In this document: one piece after another, positions 18,782 to 28,042 of the stretch
How positions within the stretch are numbered: the stretch's first letter is position 1
How the letters are laid out: each line of letters opens with the position of its first letter
Assembly: GCF_000175255.2 (NCBI RefSeq)
Contig: NC_017262.1
Coordinates: forward strand, 1,530,001-1,562,000
Length of the DNA: 32,000 bases
Direction of reading: 5' to 3'
Source: Zymomonas mobilis subsp. mobilis ATCC 10988
Lineage (GTDB): Bacteria > Pseudomonadota > Alphaproteobacteria > Sphingomonadales > Sphingomonadaceae
Position numbers and translations under genes: made by a program
The notes under the pieces: model-generated
The model's database searches: none
The model's input: only the letters and a program-made list of their open reading frames with translations
What the model was told of the DNA's origin: nothing

Positions 18782-19488
18782 CCGATCAAAAGGATGAAGC
18801 CGAAAACCGGAAAGAAGCCGTCGAACAAGACGCTTTATTTCAGGCCGATGAGGCGATGCATGAAGGGGATAAGCCAGAGAAAGAGAAGGCTTTCTTCTTT
18901 CATGGCCTTGTGTTGGCCGCCTTTTGTTTGGGCTTTGGGGCTTTATTGGCCTTAACTTATCATTTGACCGCTCAAACAATCGTAGCGCGCGGGGTCGAAG
19001 ATCAGCAGGCTTCTTTGGAACAGGTTATTCCTGCCTCGATTCATGACAATGATATCTCTGCTCATCCGCTCCATCTAAAAGATGCCGAAGGGCATGATGT
19101 AACGGTTTTTCGCGCGACAAAGGCCGGTCATGTGACGGGTGTTGCCTATGAAATTTCTGGCACTGGCTATAGTGGTGAAATCCGTTTGATGATGGGTGTC
19201 GATGCCGAAGGTCATATTCTTGGGGTGCGGGCGCTGGCTCATAAAGAAACCCCAGGACTGGGTGACAAGATCGAAGCCAATAAATCGAATTGGATCTTGC
19301 GCTTTACCGGCCTGTCTTTGACCAATCCGTCAGAAAGCAAATGGAAAGTCAAAAAGGACGGCGGTCAGTTTGACCAATTTTCCGGTGCAACGATTACGCC
19401 ACGTGGTGTTGTTGCGGCGATCCATCGTGGTCTGGAATTTTTCGAGACGCATAAAAACACTCTGTTGGAGAGTTCAAATGTCCAATAA
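18778..19488 (+). CDS. rnfG: Electron transport complex FMN-binding subunit RnfG
   Basis: 236 aa; GYSGEIRLMMGVDAEGHILGVRALAHKETPGLGDKIE and FSGATITPRGVVAAI flavin-attachment motif. Confidence 0.95.
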   Translation: MTDQKDEAENRKEAVEQDALFQADEAMHEGDKPEKEKAFFFHGLVLAAFCLGFGALLALTYHLTAQTIVARGVEDQQASLEQVIPASIHDNDISAHPLHLKDAEGHDVTVFRATKAGHVTGVAYEISGTGYSGEIRLMMGVDAEGHILGVRALAHKETPGLGDKIEANKSNWILRFTGLSLTNPSESKWKVKKDGGQFDQFSGATITPRGVVAAIHRGLEFFETHKNTLLESSNVQ

Positions 19489-20152
19489 TGAGTATTTCCG
19501 TATCGCCAAAGACGGTCTTTGGGACAATAACGGTATTCTAAGTATGTTGTTGGGGCTTTGCCCAACAATGGCTGTTACGACCAGTGCCACAAATGCCTTG
19601 GGCATGGGATTGGCAACCGCCGCAGTGATGGCGGCTTCCAATCTTTTGGTTTCTGTGTTTCGGCATCATATTACCTATGAAGTACGTGTGCCGGTTTATA
19701 TCCTGATTGTGGCGGCCATGGTGACCTTGGTTGATCTGGTGATGAATGCCTATATGCACCCGCTTTACAAGGTGTTGGGGCTGTTCATTCCGTTGATCGT
19801 TTCAAACTGCTTGCCGCTTGCCCATTTGGAGGCCTTTGCGGGCAAAAAACCGCCTCTGGCCTCTTTAACCGATGGTGTTTTTGCTGGATTGGGCTTTACC
19901 TTTGCCCTGACGATCATTGGTGGCCTGCGTGAAATTATCGGTTCAGGCACTCTTTTTGCCAATGCGGCTTTATTGCTGGGATCAAGCTTCCGTTTTCTGG
20001 AATGTCATCTGTTACCGACGGATTGTCATATTTTGATGATGGTTTTACCGCCGGGGGGCTTTTTGGTGACTGGCTTCGTTTTAGTCGGGAAAAGAATGAT
20101 CGACGTGGCACAGGGCAAAGAAATTTCTATGTCCGGCGCGCATGGGGCTTAG
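19478..20152 (+). CDS. rnfE: Electron transport complex subunit RnfE
   Basis: MSNNEYFRIAKDGLWDNNGILSMLLGLCPTMAVTTSATNALGMGLAT; start overlaps the rnfG stop. The ORF begins earlier at 19370. Confidence 0.94.
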   Translation: MSNNEYFRIAKDGLWDNNGILSMLLGLCPTMAVTTSATNALGMGLATAAVMAASNLLVSVFRHHITYEVRVPVYILIVAAMVTLVDLVMNAYMHPLYKVLGLFIPLIVSNCLPLAHLEAFAGKKPPLASLTDGVFAGLGFTFALTIIGGLREIIGSGTLFANAALLLGSSFRFLECHLLPTDCHILMMVLPPGGFLVTGFVLVGKRMIDVAQGKEISMSGAHGA

Positions 20153-20164
20153 GGAGGCAAAAAG

Positions 20165-20431
20165 ATGAAGATATCCGTCGCTTATGCCAAACCGGAACGC
20201 CAGTGGTGGCTTGAATGTGAAGTCAAAGAAGGCGCGACTATCGAAGACGGTATTAACGCTTCCGGTATCTTAAAGCGGTGCCCTGAGATCGATCTTGAAA
20301 AACAGAAGGTCGGTATCTTTGGTAAAGTCGCTAAATTAGATGCGCCTTTAGAAGAAGGGATGCGGATCGAGATTTATCGGCCGCTTTTGGTTGATCCCAA
20401 AACTGTCCCTAAAAAGAAAAAGAAGGCTTAA
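20165..20431 (+). CDS. rnfH: RnfH-family (UPF0125) small protein
   Basis: 88 aa: MKISVAYAKPERQWWLECEVKEGATIEDGINASGILKRCPEIDLEKQKVGIFGKVAKLDAPLEEGMRIEIYRPL, typical of the RnfH family. Confidence 0.85.
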   Translation: MKISVAYAKPERQWWLECEVKEGATIEDGINASGILKRCPEIDLEKQKVGIFGKVAKLDAPLEEGMRIEIYRPLLVDPKTVPKKKKKA

Positions 20432-20435
20432 AGTT

Positions 20436-20472
20436 AAAAAGCCTGTCCTTGAAAAAGGGCAGGCTTTTTTTT
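20436..20472 (+). terminator. Bidirectional rho-independent terminator between rnfH and the TonB receptor gene
   Basis: AAAAAGCCTGTCC-loop-GGGCAGGCTTTTTTTT between convergent genes. Confidence 0.88.
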
Positions 20473-20481
20473 GATGTCTTT

Positions 20482-22866
20482 TTATAAAATCGTCATCGTT
20501 AAATTAAAGAACACGCTTCTTCCTGACAACCGCCAGTATAGCGGCGCACCATTTGGATATTCTGCGGTGGTTTTCGATTGATTACCCGCAAAATCGCTGA
20601 TGGCATGGCTACCGAAAACATTCGATATTTTAATGCTGGGCGTGATATTTCTTAGGATATTGCCACCGACATTTTTGAAATGCCAGCCAAACGCCATATC
20701 AGCGGTGATGTTACTGTGTATTAAATACTGGTTTTTAAAGACGGTGTTTCCAGCTGTGTCTGTTGTACTATCCAATCCCCAATGATTGCCGACATATTTC
20801 CCGATAAAAGAGAAATAGGGACCATCTTTCTTCTCGTATAACACGCCGAAAGAGGCCAGAGATTTTGGAGATGCGGCCACCCGTATTTTGGAATCTTTAT
20901 AATGGGCGCTATTGACGCTGTAGTTTCCATAAAGGGAAACGCCATATCCGATGGCATATTGGCCTTCGATTTCCAATCCTTTGTAAATTGCGCCGCCGCT
21001 ATTCACATAAGTCGTTTCTGTGCCGATATTGGGGACGTTAATTTGGGCAGAAGCAATATAGTTTGAAAAATCGATATAATAGCCATCGGCAGAAATCGTC
21101 CAATTCTTCTTTTGAAGAACCGTTCCGACTTGATAATTCCACGTTGTTTCCGGTTTTACATAACCGACATTTTGCGTTTGAAAGACACTGAGGGGCGGGG
21201 CTAGGAAACCACGTGCAATTTGACCATAGGCACTCCAACCTTTCATCAATATTTGATTGATTGCGATGGAGGGCTGCCATGATTTGAATGATTGGTTATC
21301 CTTTAACGCGGTTTTGGTATTCTTGTTGATCGCCGCATCATAATTCCGGTGAAAATAAGAATATTTTATACCCGGTTTTACGGTCATGCCTTTCATCGGA
21401 TGCCAGTCGAATTCTAAATAAGGCTGTAGGGTCGTATTGATGTCATGGATATTATAGCTGTAGGCCGATCCATTCTTACCCGGAACCATGATAGAATTTT
21501 GGGACAGATCAACCGCATAGGTATAGCGTCGATCATTCTGAACATCTGCCCAGACCCCCGTTAAAATATCGCCGACAGGTGTTTTCGCCTTTAAAGCCAG
21601 CGTGTCCCCATAGGCTCGAAATTGAGCATCGGCATATTTGCCGGGAACATCATTGGCATAGCTGCCGACTTTTTTACCGGCGGCATTATAAAAAGTAACC
21701 CCATTTGCCGAGGGACTGTTTTGGCTGGCATCGGTTGTTTTTGTATAAGAATGTTCAAAGCCGACAGAATAGACTTTATTCTCTAATTCTAACCAAGAGA
21801 GCGGCTTCGCCTTTAGGCTGATATAACTAAAATCAGATTTATAGGTGCTTGGATTATATTTATAAAAACACTGTAATTGAGGATCATTACATAAGCCGTA
21901 ATTCTTCCCATATTGGGCATATTCGGCCAAGGTTGCGCCTTGGGTGGTATATTGATGCTCTTTATTGAAGGTAGTGGCCGCCGTAAGGGTGATGTCTGAC
22001 CCTAATTTGATAACATCTTTAAACATGATGTTGCTGCGGCGTTCATTTGAATGCGTCAAATAGCCATCCGTGGCTTCATGCTGCAAATCAAGAACCATTT
22101 TTCCGGCAATGGTTTCTCCGCTATCGATTTCTAAACCACCTGCGCGGGTATTATAACTGCCATAGGTTCCATAGGGCGTAATACCAAATTTTTCAGAAGG
22201 TTTTCTTGAGGTAAAGCCAATGGTTCCCCCAAAAGTAGCATTCCCGATAGTGGAAGCTGTGCCGGGGCCGCGATCAACTTCAGCTTGACCGAGGAAATGG
22301 GCTATAAACAAGGATGAGGTCGAATGATGTAGATCGCTGGCATCTCCAAAAGGGATGCCATCAAAGGTCATATTATATTGCCCATCCTGAAAGCCTCTTA
22401 GGCTCATCGTTTCAGCTTTACCAATACCGGGGCCATTGGGATTTTGTGTCCAGACACTGGGCTGATATTTGATAATGTCATCCACACTGGCCAAGGGAAT
22501 AATATTATTGGCCATAAAAGAACTTTGAATGATGGATGTCGGCTGTGTGATGTTCAGAGGTACGGAGGAAGGCGCCAGACGCTCGGCCTTCCCAATAACG
22601 GTTATTTCCTTGCCGCTCCAATAGACATTCTTTTCGTCTTTAGAGTGATGATCCGCTTCATTTTTCTGAAAATTCTTTTCCTTATCGTTTTTTTTATCAG
22701 GCAAAGAAGATTTTAAATCTGAAATAGGGTCTGATGACAAAGATAGATTATCTGATTTATTATTGGTTTCAGTATATTGATGTGCCTGTAATCCGGCCGG
22801 TAATGTTATTGTTCCAAGACTGAGCGTTATAATAATAGCTGTTTTTGAATTTACTTGGAAAGACAT
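20482..22866 (-). CDS. TonB-dependent outer-membrane receptor
   Basis: 794 aa; SVDDIIKYQPSVWTQNPNGPGIGKAETMSLRGFQDGQYNMTFDGIPFGDASDLHH...AEVDRGPGTASTIGNATFGGTIGF and C-terminal beta-barrel ending FFNLTMTIL. Confidence 0.92.
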   Translation of the reverse strand: MSFQVNSKTAIIITLSLGTITLPAGLQAHQYTETNNKSDNLSLSSDPISDLKSSLPDKKNDKEKNFQKNEADHHSKDEKNVYWSGKEITVIGKAERLAPSSVPLNITQPTSIIQSSFMANNIIPLASVDDIIKYQPSVWTQNPNGPGIGKAETMSLRGFQDGQYNMTFDGIPFGDASDLHHSTSSLFIAHFLGQAEVDRGPGTASTIGNATFGGTIGFTSRKPSEKFGITPYGTYGSYNTRAGGLEIDSGETIAGKMVLDLQHEATDGYLTHSNERRSNIMFKDVIKLGSDITLTAATTFNKEHQYTTQGATLAEYAQYGKNYGLCNDPQLQCFYKYNPSTYKSDFSYISLKAKPLSWLELENKVYSVGFEHSYTKTTDASQNSPSANGVTFYNAAGKKVGSYANDVPGKYADAQFRAYGDTLALKAKTPVGDILTGVWADVQNDRRYTYAVDLSQNSIMVPGKNGSAYSYNIHDINTTLQPYLEFDWHPMKGMTVKPGIKYSYFHRNYDAAINKNTKTALKDNQSFKSWQPSIAINQILMKGWSAYGQIARGFLAPPLSVFQTQNVGYVKPETTWNYQVGTVLQKKNWTISADGYYIDFSNYIASAQINVPNIGTETTYVNSGGAIYKGLEIEGQYAIGYGVSLYGNYSVNSAHYKDSKIRVAASPKSLASFGVLYEKKDGPYFSFIGKYVGNHWGLDSTTDTAGNTVFKNQYLIHSNITADMAFGWHFKNVGGNILRNITPSIKISNVFGSHAISDFAGNQSKTTAEYPNGAPLYWRLSGRSVFFNLTMTIL

Positions 22867-23047
22867 TAAGATATTTCCTAATATTGCTATTATTCAAAAT
22901 ATTATTCCTGATAAAAACCTCTTAAATTCAATTGATTGCAATTTTGTTTCACCTTTGTTGCAAAAAGGTTTTGTTACATTTGGGAAATGTTAAATAAGGC
23001 AACGCCGTTATTTTTTATTTTAAGATAATCTGAAAAAAGAAGGACAA

Positions 23048-23647
23048 ATGAATATGGATATCGCGCAGCAACGCCAACATATCCTAAGCGGCGCTTATTA
23101 TAATGATCTCACCCCTGAATTGATAAAGGCAAGAGAAGAGGCGGTTCGGCTTTCCAATCTTTATAATGATAGCTTTGGTGAAGCTCCGGCAAAAAGAGAA
23201 AGCTATCTGCGGCAATTATTGAAGAAAATAGGCAAAAATGCCTATTTTGAGCCGCGCTTCCGTTGTGAATTTGGTTTCAATATTAGCATCGGCGACAATT
23301 TCTACGCCAATTTTGACTGCATTATTTTAGACGGGGGCGAAGTCACCATCGGGGATAATGTTCTATTTGGCCCTCGTGTCGGTATTTATACCTCGAATCA
23401 TGCGATCAACCCCGATGAGCGGAAGGCCGGAGCTTGTTATGCCAAAGCCGTGACAATTGGTCATTCTGTGTGGGTCGGCGGTGGCGTTAACATCAATCAG
23501 GGTGTGACAATCGGTGATAACAGTATCATCGGTTCGGGAAGCGTCGTCACAAAAGATATTCCGGCCAATGTGATTGCGGCAGGGGTGCCTTGTCGGGTGA
23601 TACGGCCTATTACTGATGCCGACCGTGTGGGTTTTAAAGGCTCTTAA
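23048..23647 (+). CDS. maa: Sugar (maltose/galactoside-type) O-acetyltransferase
   Basis: 199 aa; N-terminal Maa domain (MLSG-type AYYNDLTPELIKARE) and hexapeptide repeats (VTIGHSVWVGGGVNINQGVTIGDNSIIGSGSVVTKDIPANVIAAGVPCRVIR). Confidence 0.88.
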   Translation: MNMDIAQQRQHILSGAYYNDLTPELIKAREEAVRLSNLYNDSFGEAPAKRESYLRQLLKKIGKNAYFEPRFRCEFGFNISIGDNFYANFDCIILDGGEVTIGDNVLFGPRVGIYTSNHAINPDERKAGACYAKAVTIGHSVWVGGGVNINQGVTIGDNSIIGSGSVVTKDIPANVIAAGVPCRVIRPITDADRVGFKGS

Positions 23648-23873
23648 TTCCTTTTGCGCTTTTTCTCTGTCTGATGGGCTTATGCCGCTTACAGGATTTT
23701 TTGCTGTCATTCTGTTCTGACCAGCTTCATAAATAGGAAACAGGATAAATAGTTACTTTGGGCGATAGAGCTTTTTGATTTGAAACTTTCGCTTATCCGT
23801 CAGGGATCTCGCGCTTGCCATTTGAGTCCGTGTTATCGCCAAAGATAGAATAGTGTTGGGTTGGGAAGAGCTT

Positions 23874-24527
23874 ATGACTTTTGATTTATTATTCGATTTG
23901 GACGGGACGTTAGTCGATACCGTTTATGTTTCTTCTGATGTCTTGAATGAAATGCTGCAAGAACGCGGTAGTCGTCGGGTTATCAAGCCAGAAGAAACGC
24001 GTCCGCTCGTTACTTTAGGGGGCGAGGCGATGATTGCCGGTTTGTTCGGCGATGATTGTGTCGATCCTTTGGTTGATGTGGCTGAATATCGGCGGCTTTG
24101 TGCTGGTCGCGATACCCATGATGACAGCTTGTTCCCCGGGGTGCGGGAAGGTATCGAACGGCTTTATGCCTTGGGTATGAAAATGGCGGTCTGTTCTAAT
24201 AAGCCGCAAAATCTGGTCGAAAAAATCATGAGCGATCTTGGCTTTGATAAATATATGGTCGCGCTGGTCGGTGCCAGACCTGACCTACCTCGAAAGCCTA
24301 ACCCTGCTTTGTTGAATGTCGCCTTGGAAGAAATGAAGGGCAATAGTCAGAATTGCTGGTTTATCGGCGATGGTGAAACCGATCAGGAAGCCTCGGCGGC
24401 GCTTGGTATTCCGTTTATTTTTACCTCTTATGGATATGGAACGCCCATTGAAGGCGTGCCGATTGAGGTAACTTGCCCTGATTTTAAATCAGTTACTGAC
24501 TTTCTGGAACAGAAGGCTAAAGCCTAA
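23874..24527 (+). CDS. HAD-superfamily hydrolase, phosphoglycolate phosphatase-like
   Basis: MTFDLLFDLDGTLVDT, MAVCSNKPQ and CWFIGDGETDQEAS motifs; the annotated ORF start is 7 codons upstream. Confidence 0.85.
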   Translation: MTFDLLFDLDGTLVDTVYVSSDVLNEMLQERGSRRVIKPEETRPLVTLGGEAMIAGLFGDDCVDPLVDVAEYRRLCAGRDTHDDSLFPGVREGIERLYALGMKMAVCSNKPQNLVEKIMSDLGFDKYMVALVGARPDLPRKPNPALLNVALEEMKGNSQNCWFIGDGETDQEASAALGIPFIFTSYGYGTPIEGVPIEVTCPDFKSVTDFLEQKAKA

Positions 24528-24532
24528 AGAAA

Positions 24533-24580
24533 TTCCTGTTTTGCTTATAGAATGGAATATTTCCACTCTATAAGCAGGAA
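24533..24580. repeat. Long imperfect inverted repeat in a convergent intergenic gap
   Basis: TTCCTG-(TTTT)-GCTTATAGAATGGAA-TAT-TTCCACTCTATAAGC-AGGAA: 15-bp arms with one mismatch plus an outer extension around a TTTT bulge. Confidence 0.75.
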
Positions 24581-24586
24581 CAGTGG

Positions 24587-26020
24587 TTACAAAGATTTCT
24601 GTTTTTTGCGCTTATACAGATTATAGCTGCCGTAAAAAACAAGGCCGATCGCATTCCATAACAAGAAGCGGATCGTCGTATGAAGTGGCAGACTGGTGAA
24701 TAAATAAAGGCAACCGATAACGGTGACGCTGCCTATCACAAAAGGAAATGGACAAGAAAAACGCCGCGTCCTTTCCCCTTCTCGAACGCGCAGAATAATC
24801 AAAGAGAGACCGACAGCGATAAAGGCCACCAAAGTGCCAGCGTTGGCTAATTCTGCCAATTCATCCAATCGGAAAAAACCGGCAATTAAAGCAATGACAA
24901 TACCGGTAAACAGGGTCACCTGACTGGGGGTGCCATGCTTGTTTACTTTTGCCAAAAAAGGCGGCAACAGATGATCTCGCGCCATGACAAAAAAGACGCG
25001 GCTTTGTCCGTAAATCATCGCCATAATAACCGAAGGCAAGGCAACAAGCGCAGCCGCCGCAATCCATTTTGCTGCCGTCTCATGATGTAAATTTCTAAGA
25101 ATAAGGGCCAGCGGTTCGCCACTTTTGATAAATTCGCTAAAGGGTGCCGCCCCCAATAAGCAGGCCGCTACACCAATATAGATCAGAACCGAAATAGTCA
25201 TCGAACCGATAATACCGATGGTCAAATCCCGCTTGGGATTTTTGGTTTCTTCTGCCGCTGTGGCGACAGTATCAAATCCATAAAAGGCAAAAAACAGAAT
25301 AGCCGCGGCCGCCATAACGCCTCTGACTTTTCCATCCGGCGAAATATGGCTGACAAAACCGTAAGGCATGAAAGGATGGTAATATTCAAAATGGAAAGCG
25401 GGCATTGTCAAAACGACAAATAAGACCAAGGCGGATAATTTTAAAATAACCAGCGCCAAAGTCAGAGTCGCGCTTTCCTTGGCACCTGCGGTCAACAATA
25501 GGGCGATAGACAAGGCCACGATAACCGCCGGTAAATTGATAATCCCGCCATCATGAGGACCCGCCAATAATGCCGCGGGTAAATTGATACCAAAAGAATG
25601 AAGCCATCCGACAAGATAGGCCGACCATCCAACGGCGACGGTCGAGCTTGCCAGTGAATATTCAAGGATGAGGCTCCATCCGACAATCCATGCCATATGG
25701 CGGCCAATCGCCATATAGGCATAAGTGTAAGCGCCACCGGCTTCCGGTATCAATGTGGATAACTCGGCATAGCCAAGGGCAGCCGTAGCACAGATAAGGC
25801 CGGCAATAATAAAGGCAATAACAACAGCAGGTCCCGCCCGATCAGCGCCGACACCTACCAATGTATAGATACCTGTCCCGACAATCGCGCCGACACCTAA
25901 GGCAATAAGATGCGGCCATGACAAATTACGGGAAAGCGCTTGGTCTTTTTTATGAGGGTGAGACTGTTGTGAAGAAAGTGAACGAAATTTTTTACGAGAG
26001 CCAAAATATTTTTTTAACAT
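24587..26020 (-). CDS. APC-superfamily amino acid permease
   Basis: 477 aa; LIALGVGAIVGTGIYTLVGVGADRAGPAVVIAFIIAGLICATAALGYAELSTLIPEAGGAYTYAYMAIG, about 12 hydrophobic segments. Confidence 0.9.
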   Translation of the reverse strand: MLKKYFGSRKKFRSLSSQQSHPHKKDQALSRNLSWPHLIALGVGAIVGTGIYTLVGVGADRAGPAVVIAFIIAGLICATAALGYAELSTLIPEAGGAYTYAYMAIGRHMAWIVGWSLILEYSLASSTVAVGWSAYLVGWLHSFGINLPAALLAGPHDGGIINLPAVIVALSIALLLTAGAKESATLTLALVILKLSALVLFVVLTMPAFHFEYYHPFMPYGFVSHISPDGKVRGVMAAAAILFFAFYGFDTVATAAEETKNPKRDLTIGIIGSMTISVLIYIGVAACLLGAAPFSEFIKSGEPLALILRNLHHETAAKWIAAAALVALPSVIMAMIYGQSRVFFVMARDHLLPPFLAKVNKHGTPSQVTLFTGIVIALIAGFFRLDELAELANAGTLVAFIAVGLSLIILRVREGERTRRFSCPFPFVIGSVTVIGCLYLFTSLPLHTTIRFLLWNAIGLVFYGSYNLYKRKKQKSL

Positions 26021-26166
26021 GCAGTCCCCTTTTTGGCCTTTTGCCGTAAAAAGGGGGGAGGGGTCAAGGGAAGCCCTATTACAGGGGCATAGCCTGTCAG
26101 GCTGTTTTAGAAATCTTGATACCCGATATTTCTAAAATAAATCACTTCATTTCATTGAACGCATCA

Positions 26167-26468
26167 TGGTGCGGGCGGAGGGACTCGAACCCTCACGGGC
26201 AAATGCCCAACGGATTTTCTTACCTGCCACGGCTTTCACCGCCACTGCTTATGCAGTGTTTGGGGTCTGGACTATCCCTTCACCCTGCCCTTTGAAAAAG
26301 GGGGTAGGTGCTGCCCGTCTAGTCTCTACACCTTCCTGAAAAAATCAGGCTTGGCTCGGGATCGGCATTTTACAGCTTTCCCCGAATTTGAGCAGTTCTG
26401 CACCTTTCGTTTCCGAAGGGGCACTCAAAATTTTAAGTCCGTAGCGTCTACCATTCCGCCACGCCCGC
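26167..26468 (-). tRNA. tRNA-Leu(UAA) gene interrupted by a group I intron (exons 26468-26435 and 26218-26167, CCA encoded)
   Basis: Spliced exons form GCGGGCG-TG-GCGGAATGGTAGACGC-T-ACGGA-CTTAAAA-TCCGT-TGGGCATTTGCCCGT-GAGGGTTCGAGTCCCTC-CGCCCGC-A-CCA, a complete class II tRNA with anticodon UAA. Confidence 0.93.
26219..26434 (-). ncRNA. Group I intron (cyanobacterial tRNA-Leu-like, likely IC3), 216 nt
   Basis: Inserted between anticodon U34 and A35; P1 CUU/GAG with terminal U.G; P-like AAATTCGGGGAAAG, Q-like CCGATCCCGAGCCAAGC, R-like GTAGAGACTAGACGG, S-like AAGGGATAGTCCAGACC; ends in G. Confidence 0.92.
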
Positions 26469-26515
26469 AACATTATGCCGAATCCGCATAGCGGGGCTTG
26501 GGGGTAAAATGCAAG

Positions 26516-26800
26516 CTAAATTTCAATATTAAGATGTTCTCGTATCTCTTTTCCCGGTTTGAAATAGGGGACACGTTTGGCTTCGACCTCGACTTTTTCG
26601 CCGGTTCTGGGATTCCTGCCCAGACGGGCGTCCCGAAAACGGGTGGAAAAGGCACCAAAACCCCGAATCTCTACCCGACCACCTTTGGCCAAATGATGGG
26701 TAATCCCGTCAAAGAAAACATCTATAATATGCTCTATTTCTTCTGATGAAAGTTCAGGATTATCATTGGCTAATGTTTGGATCAGTTCGGAACGAATCAT
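26516..26800 (-). CDS. ihfB: Integration host factor subunit beta
   Basis: [91 protein letters not shown]; conserved start at 26800 within the longer ORF. Confidence 0.93.
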   Translation of the reverse strand: MIRSELIQTLANDNPELSSEEIEHIIDVFFDGITHHLAKGGRVEIRGFGAFSTRFRDARLGRNPRTGEKVEVEAKRVPYFKPGKEIREHLNIEI

Positions 26801-27076
26801 CGCATTTCCTTTTCCTGACCAGTCCGGTCTTATTATCCCGAGTGAGACAATTTTTATCGGACAGAATCTTCTTATCAAAGATAATAAAATATATTCTTTG
26901 TTAAATAAAGTCACCGAAAAGATAGAGTCAATAATAACAGGTGAAAAAGCTGTGCTTCCTTGGGCTTTAAAGTCATCCTATAAAATGTATTAAATAACAT
27001 TGTTTCTCATCTTGCGACCTCCGGCTATACTCTGTCGAATATCACTATAAAAATAGGGTTATTAGGATGGCTCACT

Positions 27077-27916
27077 ATGGAATATGATTTCCAGCAAGTT
27101 GATGTTTTTACCTCTGGTAAATTTAAGGGAAATCCGGTCGCGGTTGTGGCTTCTGCCGATCATTTATCCACTGAAGAGATGCAAAGCTTTGCAAGATGGA
27201 TGAATTTGAGCGAGACGACTTTTTTATTAAAGCCAACCTCTCCTGATGCGGATTACCGATTACGGATTTTTACCCCGCGCGCCGAATTGCCCTTTGCTGG
27301 ACATCCTACTTTAGGGAGCTGTCATGCTTGGCTACAGGCTGGTGGTCGTCCGAAAAAGTCTATTATTATTCAGGAATGTCAGGCTGGACTGGTGCCTATT
27401 CGTCATGAAAATGACCGTTTAGCTTTTGCCGCACCGCCTTTAATCCGTTCTGGCGATTTGGATAAAGATCTGTTGGAAAAAATAGCCGCAGGGTTACGGA
27501 TTCCGCTTTCTTCTATTCAAGCATCGGCTTGGGTGGATAATGGCCCCGGATGGGCAGGGATTATGCTGAAATCCCGTGAAGAAGTTTTGGCTTTGGAACC
27601 TGATTATGCCTCTATGCCTGATCTCCGTTTCGGGGTGATTGGCGCATGGGATAGCGAGAAAGACGGAACAGACGCAGAATTTGAAGTGCGGGCTTTTGCT
27701 ATGGGATTAGGCGTTAACGAAGATCCCGTCTGCGGCAGTCTAAACGCCAGTATGGCACAATGGCTGATTGGAAGCGGTTTAGCCCCGAAAAACTATATTG
27801 TGAGCCAAGGCAGTCTTTTGGGACGGGATGGCCGGATCTATGTCGATCAGATTGGGGATAGCATTTGGATCGGTGGTGCCACGACATCGAATATAGTCGG
27901 TAAGTTACGGCTTTAA
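27077..27916 (+). CDS. PhzF-family isomerase/epimerase
   Basis: 279 aa: QQVDVFTSGKFKGNPVAVV, TTFLLKP, RIFTPRAELPFAGHPTLGSCHAWL and EDPVCGSLNASMAQWL motifs. Confidence 0.9.
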   Translation: MEYDFQQVDVFTSGKFKGNPVAVVASADHLSTEEMQSFARWMNLSETTFLLKPTSPDADYRLRIFTPRAELPFAGHPTLGSCHAWLQAGGRPKKSIIIQECQAGLVPIRHENDRLAFAAPPLIRSGDLDKDLLEKIAAGLRIPLSSIQASAWVDNGPGWAGIMLKSREEVLALEPDYASMPDLRFGVIGAWDSEKDGTDAEFEVRAFAMGLGVNEDPVCGSLNASMAQWLIGSGLAPKNYIVSQGSLLGRDGRIYVDQIGDSIWIGGATTSNIVGKLRL

Positions 27917-27984
27917 TCCCGTAGGATAAGAGACAATTTTAACCTGTAAAATCTGTTATTTTTCTGTCTTTTTTCCATCGCCAT

Positions 27985-28022
27985 AAAAAAAGGCATGCGC
28001 TGTTTCCAGCCCATGCCTTTTT
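27985..28022. terminator. Bidirectional terminator between the phzF-like gene and rpsA
   Basis: AAAAAGGCATG-c-GCTG-TTTC-CAGC-c-CATGCCTTTTT, strong hairpin in a convergent gap. Confidence 0.9.
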
Positions 28023-28042
28023 CTTATTCGTTTCAGTAGAAA

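Noticed and set aside
18470-18979. 169-aa minus-strand ORF across rnfD/rnfG
   Set aside because: Antisense to a well-supported operon; no motif.
22870-23047. Possible Fur box or operator upstream of the third TonB receptor, including ACATTT-GGG-AAATGT
   Set aside because: Only a 6-bp perfect inverted repeat and no good Fur match; insufficient support.
26167-26468. tmRNA or a two-piece RNA as an alternative for the structured minus-strand locus
   Set aside because: The exons assemble into a full tRNA-Leu(UAA), and the internal segment has group I core elements rather than a tag-peptide ORF.
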